DNA from: Antedon mediterranea
Lineage: Eukaryota; Animalia; Echinodermata
Length of the DNA stretch: 64,000 nt
Direction: 5' to 3'
Assembly (NCBI RefSeq): GCF_964355755.1
Contig: NC_092671.1
Coordinates: forward strand, 9,114,001 to 9,178,000
In this document: positions 61,600 through 64,000 of the stretch, one piece after another
Layout of the letters: the number at the start of each line of letters is the position of its first letter
Numbering within the stretch: the first letter of the stretch is position 1
The notes under the pieces: model-generated
Seen by the model: the letters and a program-made list of their open reading frames with translations, nothing else
Database searches by the model: none
What the model was told of the DNA's origin: nothing
Translations under genes and position numbers: made by a program

Positions 61600-63000
61600 T
61601 AGTCCGGTGGCAGGAGGGGGAATCACCATCCGAAAGGGGACAAATTGCTATCCAACTTTTCTAGACCAGAATTTTCCGTAGATTATGAATCTGGAAGGTA
61701 ATCGATCGGGATAGGAGGCTTTTTCGAGATAAAAGGGGGTCAAAATTCAAAATTGACCAATTACAACAATGTATTATGTATATGTATTATAACAAATTTA
61801 TTGAACCACAATTTGATCTTTTATTACATTTTTATGAATATAGGTGTCTATTTAATTACCTTATAAAAAAAATCCTTTTAGATTAAGGGTCAAATATCAA
61901 TATTGACCAATCAGAGAACAGGCCTATATAACCAAATAAAAACTAATATTTAACAAAAATTTGATGTTTTCTCATCTGTTAATCAATCATACGCAAGATC
62001 TAATACATCATTTCATCAGTTGACATAAGGTCAATTTCATCAGTTGACATAAGCTCAAAGGTCAACATTTTAATATAGACTAGTCCAGATTTGATAAAAA
62101 TGAAATGCTGTAGGCATTTCGTGTTAAAAGTGAATAAACATGGGTTTTAGCGTAATTTTGGGGTGCTGAATTCAAATCTGCTGTTTACCCGGCCCAATTT
62201 TTAGATCTTCACCCCTAAAATGTGAAAAACAAAATGGCCGCCATTTCAAACTTATTTTGGCTTATAACTATGCGTATACGGTATTAGTTACCAAATAAAT
62301 GCAAATTTTTCCAACCTATGATATCGATCATATTATTTGATCAGTAAAGTTGTTATTTCATTATAATTTTGATTGTAATTATAACACTGTAATTAATCAA
62401 ATCAGACTTCAATCAGGATAGAAAGCGTTTTTGAGATATAAGGGGTCAAAGTTTAAAATTGACCAATTATAACAATTTATTATATATATCTGGATCTGGT
62501 AGCTACTGTGCAAACGCCATCATATAGGCTATCTCGTACAGGTAGTATATGTATTATAACCAATCTATTGAAGTTTAATTTGGTCTTTTAATACATTTTA
62601 TAAAACAAATACTTTGCAATTAAAGGTCAAATGTCAATATTGACTAATCACAAAATTTGCCTATAAAACCAAATAAAAACTTTTGAGACGAAATGTTATG
62701 TTTTATCATTCACATCAATCAATCATACACGATCAAAAAAGCACATTTATTATTACAACAGTAGGTCAAAGGTCAACATTTTGACAAGTGATATACTAAT
62801 TAATGCAAACTTATTCAAACTATGAGATCGATGGTCATAAATGTAAACACGTTATTTGATCAGTTATGGTATTTTTGATATTTTTTCTAGTTCACATTAT
62901 TTTTAATGTATTAATACTGTAAAATAAATAATAACATTAATGTTATGACTGTTAAAATGTTATGATGTTAAAATGTTACACTGACCTTTAATAATTTGCC
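61600..63000. repeat. Probable degenerate DNA-transposon sequence with an internal ~350-bp direct duplication
   Basis: ~61720-62080 is similar to ~62430-62790 (gagat..aaggggtcaaa..aaaattgaccaatta). The aaaatggccgcc and aggtcaaaggtca motifs are shared with the Academ arms. Confidence 0.45.
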
Positions 63001-64000
63001 ACTACACAGTATATATAATATTCGTTTTTGGACAATAAATTACTATTTATCAGAATCAGAGAGAATATCAATTCATCTACATGATAGGGCATAGGCAGAT
63101 CTAGTTGGCCCAGACCACCCCATCACCCACCTTTAATTTCGACAATGCAAAAGTAGGTTAAATTCACCAATTCAATTCACAATTTCTAGGACTCCATTCA
63201 CTGATCCCCATCTATTTCTATTCAATAATCTTGGATTCGTCACTATGTGTTTGTCTTTTCATTGTCAAGTTCTGCAAATACTGTATGTTTCAAATGTTTC
63301 AATGATTACCTTTCATTGGAGACCCCCAGGATTTCTTTCCCTTTTAAGAGAATAATAATAATATTAAGAGAATATTGCCTGTTTCCTTAGTTGACGACAC
63401 ATTTATTAAGATTTATAATGTGGTCAATAATGCTTTCGATTTTTACTTTTTTGGCTAATAAAAACTGGAATGCACAACTCACTACACATATGTCTACGGA
63501 CAATTTTTATATGAGTCTCGGTATGGTTGCTAGCCACAGATAGTTTTCCTGTGCATAGTGTAGTGCAAATGAAAACCTGTTTTTAATAAGGTCTTTCCCA
63601 AGTTTGCATATATACTGTTCAAAGTTAGCAGTATGATGCCAGGAGGAAATAGCGCATCTGATTCTCTTCTTTATGCGTCTATCTAACGAACGTAAGATAT
63701 TTTCCTTTCAATTTAAGCTTATTCATAATAAAAACATTACATAGTATTTGAAAACAATAGACTATAAGATAAAATGAATGGGACATCAAAAGAGGGTCGG
63801 AGACTATTAGAACCAAGTAAATGTCAACTAATATTAAACAAGGCCAACAGCCATAAGTCGCGTGCTCTCAGAAAAAAATGAACTTTCAAAAAGTAATGTA
63901 CATCAAAACAGTTCAAAAAATACAGAAAAGCGATAAAACGCATAGTGATACCGGACCGACAGACAGACCGACAGACCGACCGACATAGTGAACTATTGAG

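Overview
AT-rich, intron-containing animal genomic DNA. The gene and repeat content suggests a marine invertebrate deuterostome, probably an echinoderm (inference). Gene order: MRPL10 (+, first exon not identified), a caspase-8-like gene (-), a GM2-activator/ML-domain gene (-), transaldolase (+), glutamine-dependent NAD+ synthetase (+, 19 exons), an intronless class A peptide-type GPCR (-) and three tandem SLC17/sialin-like transporters (-; the third runs out of the window). Exon models were built by hand from GT-AG junctions, and the complete models are frame-consistent. Introns and spacers are dense with mobile DNA: hAT-, MULE-, Kolobok- and Harbinger-like non-autonomous elements, a palindromic Academ derivative, HINE/DINE-like elements, Deu/Nin-core and CORE SINEs, and CR1, L2/Rex and Tx1 LINE remnants. 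The main highlight is a caspase-8 with DED-DED-Death domain-caspase architecture, with the Death domain on its own skippable exon and an NF-kB-like site upstream. Also notable are the conserved two-start NLS arrangement of transaldolase, a ~150-aa C-terminal extension on NADSYN1, mosaic SLC17 paralogs with start-codon turnover, and several unusual composite mobile elements. No prokaryotic-type system is present.
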